A stretch of 64,000 nucleotides of DNA, from contig CBFFRQ010000039.1 in assembly GCA_965644315.1 (NCBI GenBank), positions 1-64,000 of the forward strand. The letters run 5' to 3'. A program made the translations under genes and the position numbers. Shown here one piece after another: positions 1-10,954 of this stretch. Each line of letters starts with the position of its first letter. Position 1 is the stretch's first letter. The notes beneath the pieces are model-generated. The model did not search any database. It was not told the DNA's origin and saw only the letters and a program-made list of their open reading frames with translations. Source of the DNA: Caecitellus pseudoparvulus. Its lineage: Eukaryota > Protista > Bigyra: Bicosoecida.

Positions 1-232
1 CGAGAGAATGGCGGGCGCTGCAAGCTCGCAGAAAAGCTCGTGCGGCAGCAGAGGCAGCGCGCTGGTGTGGATGAGCTTGGCATGGCGACCGATGACACAG
101 CGTTGGTGTAGCCAAATGCAACGAGCGGCCAAATCAGAAACCATCTTCACAACTCAGCACCTGCCCCCATTCGCCATCGAATTTGTGCTACGATAAACAA
201 GCACCCCCTCAGCTACCCCACGACGAGTCACC

Positions 233-679
233 ATGGCTGAGGAGACTCCTCGTCCTGCACGTGTAGTCATTGTTGACTGCAGCGACTGGCGCACCGAGAC
301 CAAAGCCATCTCCAGCTTCTACCGTCAAGCCGGCGTGATGTTTGCGCGCAAGAACTTGGATGCGCTGAGCGGTGTCCTGAACGGTGGGGTGTTTGCCGGT
401 TTGGTGCGTGCAGTCTGGCTAGGTCGCGCGCCAGTGCTTGGCGTGTTGGTTCTTCACATATTCCGCAAGCGCACTCTCACGCAACATCTCGCTCCACCCC
501 ACCATGCACCTCAGGATGCCCCATATAATATGCTGCTGACACACACAATGGGCTTGCCCCATGATGCAGCCGCTGTCGTGAAGCACCTGAAGGAGACGAT
601 TCAGGAAGAGCATGCGGAGGACGGTTGCTCCATCGACGTGTACCCAAACGAGCGTCCTATGCCCAAAACGATGGCGTAA
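233..679 (+). CDS. Barstar-like (barnase inhibitor family) protein, ~111 aa after removing intron 404..514
   Basis: Spliced product RVVIVDCSDWRT..FARKNLDALSGVLNGG..LDAPYNMLL..EEHAEDGCSIDVY aligns end to end with barstar (AVING..YYGENLDALWDCLTG..YPLVLEW..EAKAEGCDITII). The GTGCGT..CCTCAG intron is 111 nt and removes the non-aligning segment. Confidence 0.7.
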   Translation: MAEETPRPARVVIVDCSDWRTETKAISSFYRQAGVMFARKNLDALSGVLNGGVFAGLVRAVWLGRAPVLGVLVLHIFRKRTLTQHLAPPHHAPQDAPYNMLLTHTMGLPHDAAAVVKHLKETIQEEHAEDGCSIDVYPNERPMPKTMA

Positions 680-1185
680 GCAAGCCACCTGTTCCAGAAC
701 TTGCACTGTCAAAGGGAACCATTCCAGTGAAAGGGCACCATGCCGCGTGGGTGGCGCTCTGTCGCCCTCTGGACTTTGTCGCGGAGTGCGGTGCTGCTTT
801 CCCTCCACTGCATCACGAGGAATGATACTGTTAAATGTGAACCACATGGAGTGGATGCCTAAAGTGCAGGTGCGAGGTGCAGGGCGTCCCACCAAGGGAC
901 ATGAGATGTATCCCCTGTTTCCCATGAGGGACCTAAAATCCATTGGTGCTTTTCTGCTGGCGGCCATCACAACACAACACATCCTTCAATCACAACCAAA
1001 GAGTGCGGCAAGTGCGCGCAGGGCAGGGCCGTGTTGTCCATGTAGTCACTCACCCTCCGCCAGTCCTTGCACCCCGCCCTCCCTCTGGTGCTGCGAGAGT
1101 AGTCAGGCACTGGTGCAGCCCGAACGTTTCAGGCGAAACGCCAGGCATCCGCTGACCGCTCACGGCAGCGCCGCCGCGCACAGAC

Positions 1186-4100
1186 ATGGACGCACCAACA
1201 AAGCAGTGGATATCCGATACACTGCACGATGTGGTTGGGGGCACAGACCCCCTCGCTGTGGAGTTCGTCGTGACACTGGCTGAGCGGGCCAAGTCCCAAC
1301 GGGCGCTGCAGCGCAAACTGCAGGAAGTGCTGCCCAGCGCCGACGCCGCCGCCAGCCTCGCGACGAGCCTCTGGCCCCGCCTGCCCCAGGCCCAGGAGCA
1401 GGCTGTGCGTGCCAAATCGGCCAAGTACGCCGCTGCCTCTGCTGCCAGTGACTCGTACGACCTGGTGGTGGAGGCGGCTGACCAACAGCCGGCACGCAGC
1501 AGCAGCAGGAGGAGCGGTGGGCAGGGTGGTACCAAGCGCCCCCGTGACGGGGCCAAGGCTGCCTCGCGCAGCAAGCGCCGGCGCCGGCGGCGTGCGGGTG
1601 ACGAGGGGGGCTCCAGTGACGAGGAGGGGGGGGGCGGTGGCCCCAGCGCAGCAGACATCCTGGGCGGCAGGCGGCGGCAGCAGCCAGCTTCCCAGGACAC
1701 AGACGAGGCTGCAGGAAGAGGGGAGGAATATGTCGAGGAAGGCGCAGGTGGCGGCACGATGGAGGAGTACGAGGCTGAGCTAGAAGCAGACCAGGCGGAG
1801 AAGGACGCCTTCGAGGCTCGACTGGCGGCGAAGGACGAGGCGAAGACACGGCGCGTGGCGGGGGCCGGGCGGGGCAAGGAGGACGCCGCGCTGGCCGCTG
1901 CTTTGGAAGGTTTGGACGCGCAGGACACGGCGGAAGTGGTGCAGGACCTGCGCGTGGCGTCGCGGCGGGACTATCTTGGGCGGCGTGAGGAGCGGGAATT
2001 GAAGCTGCTGGCAGACCGCATCGCATACGATGAGGAGCTGCTGGCCCAGGGAGAGCGCTTCACGGCTGAGGAAATGGAGCGGTATGAACGCAACAAAGAG
2101 CTGCTTGCCCTGGCCAAACAGCGAGTGGCCGTGCCGGCTGAGTACGACGGATACATCATGCCATCTGACACGCTCACAAAACGCAGCAGCGGCCCTGCTG
2201 GCGGCGTGCCGGAGGAGAAGGGCAAGTATGCGTCCCTGGCAGAGGCGCGTGAGGCGCTGCTGTCTTCTCGGTATCGAGAGGACACCTCGGCGTCGGCCCA
2301 TGGGGGGGCTGGCGGTGTCGCACGTGCCGAGCAGGATGCGTGGGAGGCACAGCAAAAGGGCGCCGCGGGGGGAACTCAACTGCGCGCAGCGCCGACGAAA
2401 CGCGGTAAAGACGTGGACGTAAATGCCGGCTACAGCATGGTGGTGGAGGACCAGGTGTCCTTCGTCTCAGAGATTGTCTTGCAGCAGCTCAAAGCTGCGC
2501 GTGCATCCAAGAAAGCCCGCAGGCGGGCTGCGGCGGCCAGCGGAGAGGAAGACCCCCTCGCCGCTGCAATTGAGCACTTGGAGGGCGGCATGGGCCCAGG
2601 CGGTGCAAGTGCGCCTCCCCCTGGCATGGGCTCCACAGAGAGCCTCGGCGTGTCCCTGGATGCGGTGCGCGCTGCATTGGGCCTGGCGCCGGCCGAGGAC
2701 CCAGCCCTCGCCGCCGCACGTGCCGCGGAGCAAAAGGCAAAGAGCATCGCGGAAGTGCGCAAGTCCCTGCCTATTTACGCCTTTCGTGAGGAGTTGCTGG
2801 CTGCCGTGCACGAGCACCAGGTGATTGTCGTGGTGGGTGAGACTGGCTCGGGGAAGACGACGCAAATTCCGCAGTATCTTGCTGAGGCGGGGTACGCGAA
2901 GCTGGGGTGCATTGGCTGCACCCAGCCACGGCGTGTGGCGGCCATGTCAGTCGCTGCACGTGTGGCAGAGGAGATGGGCGTGAAGGTGGGGCACGAAGTG
3001 GGGTACTCCATTCGCTTCGAGGACGCGACGTCGGACCGCACCGTGGTGAAGTACATGACTGACGGCATGCTGCTGCGGGAGTTCCTGACGGAGCCAGACA
3101 TGGCGGCCTACAGCGTGCTGATGATCGACGAGGCGCACGAGCGCACGCTGCACACCGACGTGCTGCTGGCGCTGTGCAAGGACATCGCTCGTTTCCGCGC
3201 CGACATCAAGCTCATCATCTCATCCGCCACCCTGGACAAGGACAAATTCTCCGACTACTTCGACGACGCGCCGCAGTTCATCATCCCTGGCCGCATGTAC
3301 CACGTGGAAAAGCTGTTCACGCCTGCTCCCGAGGCGGACTACGTGGAGGCGGCTGTCGTGACGTCGCTGCAGATCCACGTGTCACAGCCCGTGCCCGGCG
3401 ACATCCTCATCTTCCTGCCAGGCCAGGAGGAGATCGAGGCCGCATGTGAGAAGCTGCAGCTGCGCACACGCGGCCTGGGCTCCAAAATCAAGGAGTTGCT
3501 GGTGCTGCCTATTTACGCTGCGCTGCCGTCTGAGCAGCAGGCAAAGATTTTCCAGCCCACGCCACCGGGTGCGCGGAAAGTCATCGTCGCCACCAACATT
3601 GCCGAAACGTCCCTCACCATCGACGGCATCCGGTACGTCGTGGACAGTGGCTTCTGCAAGCAGAATGCGTACAACCCCCGGGCGGCCCTGGCGTCACTGC
3701 AAGTGGTGCCAGTGTCCAAGGCGGCGGCGGAGCAGCGAGCAGGTCGCGCGGGGCGAACGGGGCCAGGCAAGTGCTTCCGCCTCTTCACGCACTGGTCTTT
3801 CAAGCACGAACTGCCCGACGACATCGTGCCTGAGATCCTGCGCACAAACCTCGCGTCAGTCGTGCTGCAGTTGAAGGCGCTTGGCATTGACGACCTGCTG
3901 CACTTTGACTTCATGGACCCGCCCCCCATCGCGACGCTGACCAAGTCCCTGGAACAACTGTACGCCCTGGGCGCGCTGAACGACCGCGGGCAGCTGACGA
4001 AGCTGGGGCGGCGCATGGCGGAGTTCCCCTGCGACCCTATGGTGTCCAAGATGTTGCTGGCTGCAGAGGAGTTCGGGTGTGTGGCGGAGGTGCTGACGTG

Positions 4101-4839
4101 TGCCGCCATGCTGGACGTGGCTGGGGCGGTATTCTACTGCCCCAAAGACAAGAAAGTGCACGCAGACGCGGCACGCATGGCCTTTGCCCGAGGCACCAAC
4201 GGCGACCACGCCGCCCTGGTCGCAGTGTACAACACGTGGGAGGAGGCGGGGTTTTCCGAGCCGTGGTGCGCTGAGAACTTCGTGCAGTTCAAGAGCATGA
4301 AACGCGCGCGTGACATCCGCGACCAACTCGCAGGTCTGTGCGAACGAGTGGAGTTGGAGGAGTCCTCCGCCCCTGGGAACCACACGGCCCTGGCCAAAGC
4401 CGTGTGTGCGGGTTTCTTCTACCAGACCGCTGCGCTGCAGAAGAGCGGCAATTACCGCACGACCAAATCAGGCCTGGGCGTCATGACCCACCCCGGCTCT
4501 GTGCTCTTCCCACGAGAGCTGCCGCCTGCCTGGGTGGTGTACCATGAGTTGGTGGAGAGCAGCAACGAGAAAAAGTACATGCGGCAGGTGACGGAAATTG
4601 ACCCGGAATGGCTGGTGCAGATCGCGCCGCACTACTACAAGGTGTCCGAGGTGGGGGCAGACCCCGCCGCCACAGACGGCACTGCGCCAGCAGGCCAAGC
4701 CGCCGTTGCAGGCGCCCAAATCGCCATTGACCTGGGCCCCAGCAAGGTGAAGCAGCCCAATGCCAAAGCTGCAGGGCGCGCTGGCAACAGCAAGCCGAGC
4801 AAGGTGTCCCTTGCCGCTGCAATTGCTTCACACCGGTGA
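1186..4839 (+). CDS. DHX16: Pre-mRNA splicing DEAH-box helicase DHX16/Prp2, intronless
   Basis: [37 protein letters not shown] and QRAGRAGR motifs. N-terminal [11 protein letters not shown] is typical of DHX16. Confidence 0.93.
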   Translation: MDAPTKQWISDTLHDVVGGTDPLAVEFVVTLAERAKSQRALQRKLQEVLPSADAAASLATSLWPRLPQAQEQAVRAKSAKYAAASAASDSYDLVVEAADQQPARSSSRRSGGQGGTKRPRDGAKAASRSKRRRRRRAGDEGGSSDEEGGGGGPSAADILGGRRRQQPASQDTDEAAGRGEEYVEEGAGGGTMEEYEAELEADQAEKDAFEARLAAKDEAKTRRVAGAGRGKEDAALAAALEGLDAQDTAEVVQDLRVASRRDYLGRREERELKLLADRIAYDEELLAQGERFTAEEMERYERNKELLALAKQRVAVPAEYDGYIMPSDTLTKRSSGPAGGVPEEKGKYASLAEAREALLSSRYREDTSASAHGGAGGVARAEQDAWEAQQKGAAGGTQLRAAPTKRGKDVDVNAGYSMVVEDQVSFVSEIVLQQLKAARASKKARRRAAAASGEEDPLAAAIEHLEGGMGPGGASAPPPGMGSTESLGVSLDAVRAALGLAPAEDPALAAARAAEQKAKSIAEVRKSLPIYAFREELLAAVHEHQVIVVVGETGSGKTTQIPQYLAEAGYAKLGCIGCTQPRRVAAMSVAARVAEEMGVKVGHEVGYSIRFEDATSDRTVVKYMTDGMLLREFLTEPDMAAYSVLMIDEAHERTLHTDVLLALCKDIARFRADIKLIISSATLDKDKFSDYFDDAPQFIIPGRMYHVEKLFTPAPEADYVEAAVVTSLQIHVSQPVPGDILIFLPGQEEIEAACEKLQLRTRGLGSKIKELLVLPIYAALPSEQQAKIFQPTPPGARKVIVATNIAETSLTIDGIRYVVDSGFCKQNAYNPRAALASLQVVPVSKAAAEQRAGRAGRTGPGKCFRLFTHWSFKHELPDDIVPEILRTNLASVVLQLKALGIDDLLHFDFMDPPPIATLTKSLEQLYALGALNDRGQLTKLGRRMAEFPCDPMVSKMLLAAEEFGCVAEVLTCAAMLDVAGAVFYCPKDKKVHADAARMAFARGTNGDHAALVAVYNTWEEAGFSEPWCAENFVQFKSMKRARDIRDQLAGLCERVELEESSAPGNHTALAKAVCAGFFYQTAALQKSGNYRTTKSGLGVMTHPGSVLFPRELPPAWVVYHELVESSNEKKYMRQVTEIDPEWLVQIAPHYYKVSEVGADPAATDGTAPAGQAAVAGAQIAIDLGPSKVKQPNAKAAGRAGNSKPSKVSLAAAIASHR

Positions 4840-5479
4840 AGACTCTGAGCATTCACGGCGTCACTCAATGCTTGCTGGCTGCGCGCTCCCGGTCTGCCGT
4901 CTGTGCACTACAATAGCGGGCAGTTTGCGCGGCCGGGTCGAACAAAGTGAGCACCGGTGCATCGACAGCGGGTGGCGCTGGCCGTCCCGGGCACATTCCA
5001 AATACAGTCATAGAGACAAATGATGCGAGGCCTCCTCCTTAGGCCCACCCCTCCTACCTGCTCCTTGGTTTGCGCGACAGGCAGGTGGGCAGCTCAAACC
5101 AGCCCAAATCCACGGCACACCACGTTGCCGTGCAGGCTGTCCAGCTAACCTTCCGCAGTTGAGCATCAGGAAAGGCGCTACGCCGATCGGCACATTTCCC
5201 CCATGCTTCGCGGCGGCAGGGCCCTGCACCAAGCGCGGCGGGCGCGAGCACAGGCGCTGCAAAAGGAAAGGGTGCGGAAATTGCGCTCACGACGCCTGCC
5301 GAACTTGCATGCCCTGACGCCTTGCCCGACGACGACTGACCCCGCCCTCGCAGTACATTCGACAACATGCACTTTTTCAACTGTCCACCATCTCGGGCAG
5401 GGCTTCCCATTCAACCCCCGCGACCACCCGCCCAGAGGGGGACCCGGTGGTGCTGTCTCCAGCTGGCGACCCCGTCTCC

Positions 5480-8400
5480 ATGCTGGGCCGGGCGGTGCCC
5501 GCGGCAGGCCAGGGCGGAGCAGGGGGCGAGGGGGCCGGCCCTGATCCCCACGACGGCCCCATTCGTGAGGGGTTGAGCATGTGGACCATCTTCCCCCTCC
5601 TCGTGGGCCTGGTATACCCGATGTCCACCTGGTGGGCCAGCCTGTCCGAGCGAGCGTATGACCCTGCCCTACCCCCCCGAGCAGCCTTCGCACCCCCCCC
5701 CAAGCGGTACCTGCCAGGCACAGGGGAAGGCCAGCTGCCAGTGTACACCACCCCGGCTGAAAAGGCAGCCGCGGCCGCTGCCGCTGCGAGGGGGGGTGCC
5801 TCCGGGAAGGGAGGGGGGGTCGGCTCTGCGGAGGGTGCGGAGGCAGGGGCTCAGGCGGCACCCCCCCACACGGACGGGCGGTGGGACACGACCCGAAATC
5901 GCTACCCCGACATGGTGTCCACAGGCAGCGGCAAGACGGCCCAACGACCCCCCCTGGACCCCCCCCCCGACACCCGTGAGCGGATGGTGCGTCTGCGAGA
6001 CGGACGCAGCCTCGTGTCCGTGAGCATGGGCAAGACACGACAGATCGGATCCGGCCCCCGCCGCACACCCACCATCCTGCTGAACGCCGGGTCGCTATCC
6101 ATGGCGCGCGACCTGCAGTGCGAGCTGGCCAAGCACACCCGTGTCATCGCTTACGCACATGCGGAACAATCGCCCGCCCCAGACCGCTCCCTGCACGCAC
6201 TGCTCAGCCGTGTGCTGGGCCTCGCCCAGCCCCGCAACGCGCTCAGTGCCGCCCAGCGAGCAGCCGCCATGGAGGCTGAGCTGCCAGAGGTCGCTGCGAA
6301 CTTGGCGCGCGACCTGGGTCTGCCGGGAGGTCGCAAGGAGCTGCTGGGCATGAAGAACCTGGACCAGTTCCTGCAGCTGGTGACGTCAGACGTCATGGGC
6401 GAGGCGGGCGTCACACGCGACCTGCTGGCCGACCCCGCCGTCCTGCACTCCTTCAGCTTGCTGCGCGGCAAGGGCCCAATTCCGCCGCTGGAAACCGACT
6501 TGCGGCGCGTGCAGGGGCTGCCCCTCTTCCCCGCCCCCAAGCACGGCGCGTCAGCTGATAGTGCGGGAGCCCCCACATCCACCCCCAGCTCAGGCCAGGC
6601 TGCAGACGACCCTGGGCACGCGCAAGTGCTGCGGAAAGCGAGCCAGGAAGGCGGCAGCGGGGAAGTGTCCGCTCGCGCCATTGCGACGGCAGTGTCTCTG
6701 TACAGTGTGCACTGCCAGCTGGCCGCCATTCACCGACACCTTCGGCAGCCAGGCGTGCAGCGCGCGCTCGCTGCAGCCATGCCGGGGCTGGTGGGCTCGC
6801 ACCCCACCCACGGACTGGAGCCGCAGGCTGACCCGCTGGTCGCACGCGACGACCTGCGACATGCCCTCCGTGGGGCAGTCGCGGGCCGCCTGGCCACTGC
6901 CTTTACCTCCGGCGCCCTGGACGGCGTGACGTGGGGCCGGGAGAAGGGCACAGCAGGGGAGGTCGCACGCGACCACGGGCTGGTGTCCCTGGACCCCGGC
7001 CTTGTGCCCGCGGACACGGCGGGGCAGGGCCACCGCGCCACCATGGAGGCACTGGTGCAGGCAGTCATGCAGCACCCTGAGAAGTACCTCGTGCCCACTG
7101 CCACGGTGCCAGCCGGGGGCCAGGACAGCACCAGCATCCCCGCTGCGGAGAAACACGACATCGCCGCCCACATCCGGCCAGTGCTGTCCTGGGGCCTCTT
7201 CCCCGCGGCGCTGCAGCCGTGGGCCACTGCAGCCCACCTGGCGGTGTCCGCACCCCCCGCCATGTCCCACCTCCTGTCTGTCGTGGAGAACCTGCCCCAG
7301 GTGCCAGTGGGGTACGATCCCACGCCCATCGGCAGCGTGCCCATCCACTCACCTGCCAAGGTGCGGGCTGTGAAACGCAGCATGGAGGGCTCGGGCCCCG
7401 CGGGGGGCGGCGGCGCCAAGGCCAACGCCGTGTGGCACCAACCCCCCACCATCGGCGGTGAGTTCGCAGCTGAGGCAGTGGAGGCACTGCTGGAAGGCGC
7501 GGCGGCGGAACAGCTGCGGCGAGCTTCACAAGACTTGGCCAGTCGCATTCCCAAGCTGCTGCCTGCAACTCTGCCCCCCGCCCTGCGTGGGCCCATCAGT
7601 GACGCGCTGGACTCCGGCGAGGCTGGCCCTGAGGTGATCTCCCAAGTTGCACTCGTGCTGCACTCTGCCATGGCCAGCGGGGACAGTGAGTTGGCGGAAG
7701 CTGCGGAAATTGCTCTCTCGCGCGTGGATGCCGCGTGGAAGGGGTGCCTACAGCGCCAGCAACAGGCCCACCCAGAGCTGCACGGCCTCCTGGCCGGCGA
7801 AGACTTGGATGGGGCTGCCTTTGACGCCGCGAGCATCCACATTCCCTCTGTGGCCAGCGCGGTGGCGGGGATGGCACACGGGCCGGGCTTCCTCACGAAC
7901 GCGTCCGCACTGGGCGGGTGGGACACGCCCCCGCCCTACATCGGGCCACCCCCCACATCCGACGCACACGCCGACGAGATGGCAGACGTCCTGAACGCGT
8001 GGGGCGATGTAGGGGCAGAGCCGGGTGACTCGGGCCTGCTCCTGCTGGCAACACACTTCAACTGGCTGGCCACGTTGAAGTTCGCAGCCCGCAACGTCCG
8101 TGGGACGGCGCTGGACCCGGCAACCACACGGGTGGACGGCAAGTCTTCCCCCGTGCGCGGTGTGGTGCTGCTGGATCCCATGCTGCCGCGCGCCACGTCT
8201 GGTGGGGCGGACCGCGTGTTCAAAGTGGGCGCTTCCGAAGTGCGTTTCTCCACGCCGCTGCAGGGCATCCACTTGCCCCTCGCGTACGCCGACACGTCAG
8301 CCATGGCGCGTCACTTCTCGTGGCTCTTGCCGGGCCCTGAGAAACGCTTCTCTGGCGTGGATGACCCCGAGGCTGACCGGCGGGCCCGTGGTGCAGCGAC

Positions 8401-9295
8401 GTTTCCAGTCGTCACTGCGCCACTCGCAACGCCGCTGAAACGCTGGACGGCGGGGGAGGGGCTGACTGCAGACTTCCTGATGGAGGAGTACTTGTTCCGA
8501 GATGCGCTGTTCCGGGGTCACCCTGAGGCCCGCCTGCGTCTGGGCATGCTGCAGCCGTACCCCACCACCCTGACGGCCACAGGCTTGCCGCAGGTGACTC
8601 GTGACACCTGGCGCAGGCTGGCCGAGCGTGACCCGTCTGTGGAGGGGCTGCACCAGCAAATGGCGTGCCTGGGCATGGAGGACTACTTGCTGAAGGCTGC
8701 CATGTTCCAGGGAGCCCCCCTGGATGCGGTGTATGAGGGGGGCTTGCCTGGTGCGCCCACGGAGGAGGGTGCGGCGCCGGCACCTGGTGCGTTTCGCCCC
8801 ATCCCTGGTCTGCACGGCCACACCGACTTGGGGCAGCGGCACCCCCCCCTGAAGTGGTTCGCTGACAGGTGGTCTCGGGGCCAACTGCAGTCCACGTGGG
8901 CTGACTGGTGCAGCACCGCTGAACACCGAGGGGGGCTGCAGGCGCTGTTGCAGGGGGCCTTTGCGCCGGCCAGCCTGCCCTTCCCTGTGCAGGTGCTGGT
9001 GACGAGCCAGGAGAACCCCGCTGACAGGGAGGCTTCCTGGGCCCTGTGGCGCACTCTGCACATGCCCTTCACCACCACAGGGGCCTCCCTCTTCACACAC
9101 TACCCGCCCAGCCCTGACGTGCTGCGGTACAGGCAAGCGGTGGCAACGTGGCAGGAGTCACAGGTGGCGTGGTGGGCCCAGGTGTTTGGGGATGGCGTGT
9201 TCCGGGTCAAGGCCGACCCTGCCGTCACACGTGAGGTGTGGGAGCCGTCCACTGCCGAGGTGGCGGCGTTTGTGCGAAAGGCGCTGCAGCGGTGA
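5480..9295 (+). CDS. Large alpha/beta-hydrolase-fold-like protein with N-terminal TM segment, ~590-aa insertion and degenerate nucleophile elbow
   Basis: Long ORF. MVRLRDGRSL..PTILLNAG..LAKHTRVIAY (N half) resumes at AHADEMADVL..LLLLATHFNW..VRGVVLLDP. Hydrophobic LSMWTIFPLLVGLVYP near the N terminus. Confidence 0.6.
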   Translation: MLGRAVPAAGQGGAGGEGAGPDPHDGPIREGLSMWTIFPLLVGLVYPMSTWWASLSERAYDPALPPRAAFAPPPKRYLPGTGEGQLPVYTTPAEKAAAAAAAARGGASGKGGGVGSAEGAEAGAQAAPPHTDGRWDTTRNRYPDMVSTGSGKTAQRPPLDPPPDTRERMVRLRDGRSLVSVSMGKTRQIGSGPRRTPTILLNAGSLSMARDLQCELAKHTRVIAYAHAEQSPAPDRSLHALLSRVLGLAQPRNALSAAQRAAAMEAELPEVAANLARDLGLPGGRKELLGMKNLDQFLQLVTSDVMGEAGVTRDLLADPAVLHSFSLLRGKGPIPPLETDLRRVQGLPLFPAPKHGASADSAGAPTSTPSSGQAADDPGHAQVLRKASQEGGSGEVSARAIATAVSLYSVHCQLAAIHRHLRQPGVQRALAAAMPGLVGSHPTHGLEPQADPLVARDDLRHALRGAVAGRLATAFTSGALDGVTWGREKGTAGEVARDHGLVSLDPGLVPADTAGQGHRATMEALVQAVMQHPEKYLVPTATVPAGGQDSTSIPAAEKHDIAAHIRPVLSWGLFPAALQPWATAAHLAVSAPPAMSHLLSVVENLPQVPVGYDPTPIGSVPIHSPAKVRAVKRSMEGSGPAGGGGAKANAVWHQPPTIGGEFAAEAVEALLEGAAAEQLRRASQDLASRIPKLLPATLPPALRGPISDALDSGEAGPEVISQVALVLHSAMASGDSELAEAAEIALSRVDAAWKGCLQRQQQAHPELHGLLAGEDLDGAAFDAASIHIPSVASAVAGMAHGPGFLTNASALGGWDTPPPYIGPPPTSDAHADEMADVLNAWGDVGAEPGDSGLLLLATHFNWLATLKFAARNVRGTALDPATTRVDGKSSPVRGVVLLDPMLPRATSGGADRVFKVGASEVRFSTPLQGIHLPLAYADTSAMARHFSWLLPGPEKRFSGVDDPEADRRARGAATFPVVTAPLATPLKRWTAGEGLTADFLMEEYLFRDALFRGHPEARLRLGMLQPYPTTLTATGLPQVTRDTWRRLAERDPSVEGLHQQMACLGMEDYLLKAAMFQGAPLDAVYEGGLPGAPTEEGAAPAPGAFRPIPGLHGHTDLGQRHPPLKWFADRWSRGQLQSTWADWCSTAEHRGGLQALLQGAFAPASLPFPVQVLVTSQENPADREASWALWRTLHMPFTTTGASLFTHYPPSPDVLRYRQAVATWQESQVAWWAQVFGDGVFRVKADPAVTREVWEPSTAEVAAFVRKALQR

Positions 9296-9347
9296 AGTGC
9301 ACTGCACTTCCGCACACGCCACCCTGCCCAGGTCCCTGGACATGCAT

Positions 9348-10317
9348 TCAAAAGGGCTTGGACACCCAGCCATCGCCATCCAGCGCAGAGGCGCGGTTGG
9401 TGCTGGCGTGGCTGCCGTGCAGAAGCCTGTACCACAACGATGGCGTGGTGGGGCGGGGTGGGTCCACTGACACCCGACCTGTCGTGGGCGCCCCTGACCA
9501 GCCAGCCGCCTGCACTGCCTCCTCCGCCTCGGCCGCCGCCCCTGCCGCAACGGCTGTCGGTGTCACGTGCCACAGCTGTCCTGGTGTGCCGCCCTTGGCA
9601 TAGGCTGCATCGTAGGATGTTGCGAAGAAGAGACTGCGCAAGCCCAGCTCCATGACGAATGTGAACGCGGTCCAGCCCACGGCCCCCATCATCATGCCCC
9701 GTGCGACAGCTGAAAAGTGACGGGCGGTGAGGCAGGCCATGTGTGGGGTGAAGGGTGGGTGTGCGCAGGCGGGCAGAGGCGGGGAACGCACAGGAAGGCA
9801 CCGCGGAGCGGATGTGGGGCAGGGTGGGGACCAGGGCGAACATGCTGCCGCCCATGGCCGCGGCGATGAGCGCGTTGTAAAAATCGTGCTTGCCCAGCGC
9901 TTTGCTCAGCTTGCACTCAATGTATGCGTACACCAAGCCCACGGCGCCGAATTGCTGCGGCGAGCGGAGGAGTTGATGCAGGTTTGCAGGGCTCGCGTGG
10001 GGTGGCGGCTGGGGTTTGGTGGCGCACCTTGGCGAAGTATGAGCCCCGCTGCAGGGCCATGCGGAAGGTGCGCTTGAATCCCTGCTTCAACTGCTCCTTC
10101 ATCGGCGCGTCGGCCAAGTCACCGTGGCCCCCTTGCAGTGTGGCGATGAAAATGCCGAAGCCGTAGCCAGCACCAGCACCTGGGAGAGGGCGCCGGCAGC
10201 CTGCAGACGCGCGGGTGACGAGATCTGGCAGAGGCACATACCTGCGACCCCAGATACCGTCGCGATGCCCCAGCATGTCTCCAAAATGTGGTCAGAGCCG
10301 CCCAGAAGGATGTCCAT
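9348..10317 (-). CDS. Tim17/Tim22/Tim23-family mitochondrial translocase (Tim22-like), 3 introns, C-terminal extension
   Basis: Spliced: ILETCWGIATVSGVAGAGAGYGFGIF..SYFAK|QFGAVGLVYAYIECKLSKALGKHDFYNALIAAAMGG..MGAVGWTAF. Introns 10180-10241, 9955-10027 and one with its acceptor at 9710. Confidence 0.8.
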
Positions 10318-10330
10318 GGTGCTGGGTGCC

Positions 10331-10340
10331 AATTTCCGCA
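10331..10340. promoter_or_regulatory. Recurrent motif AATTTCCGCA (representative copy)
   Basis: Exact copies on either strand at 5273, 7702, 10331, 24914, 25818, 37416 and 56289. Six of seven are non-coding and near gene 5' ends. Confidence 0.5.
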
Positions 10341-10954
10341 GGCACCCAGCACGGCTGAGACACGCGTCCCCTCACGTGCAGGGGGGCGACACAGGCAAGC
10401 TATGGCGCAACCAGCAAGGTCAACAGAGCTGCATCGTGCATGGGGTGCAGGGTCTCAATAAAGAGTATGTTTTGTGGATCAAGCGAGTCCGCAATACGAG
10501 ACAGCCCAGGCCAGGGTGGCAAAGCACAGCAAGTGGCAAATCGCTGTCGCTGTCGCTGTCCAGCCGTGCTCTCCTGTGGTGTGCTCGTGCTTCCCGTACT
10601 CCCGCTGGCTGTGTGCCCTCCCTGAGGTCTGTCCAGAGCAGCACCCCTGGCGACAGGTCAGCTGCTGCAGTGCAGTTGAAAGCGTCGACTCGCTACCGCA
10701 ACGCTGCTCCCTGCACGGGCGGTGCTCCATCCCTGGATTCAGCACACGACCAGGTGGTCTGTGAAGGCGGCAGTTTTTCAGGCGTGTCCTAGAACCCGAC
10801 CCCCGGCGTGCTTTTCCCAGCACCGCACCCTGCTACAGGTGAGCTCAGCCCAGCATGTGGTGCTGACTCTGCCCAGCACTGGAACCGCTGTCGTGGGCTC
10901 TCCAGCGCCCCAACACCCAAGATTTCACCCCTGCACCTTGCAGTCCCCGTCATC

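Noticed and set aside
1-143. Minus-strand open frames running off the window start (possible barstar partner)
   Set aside because: Too short and with no RNase motif. Flanking sequence is needed.
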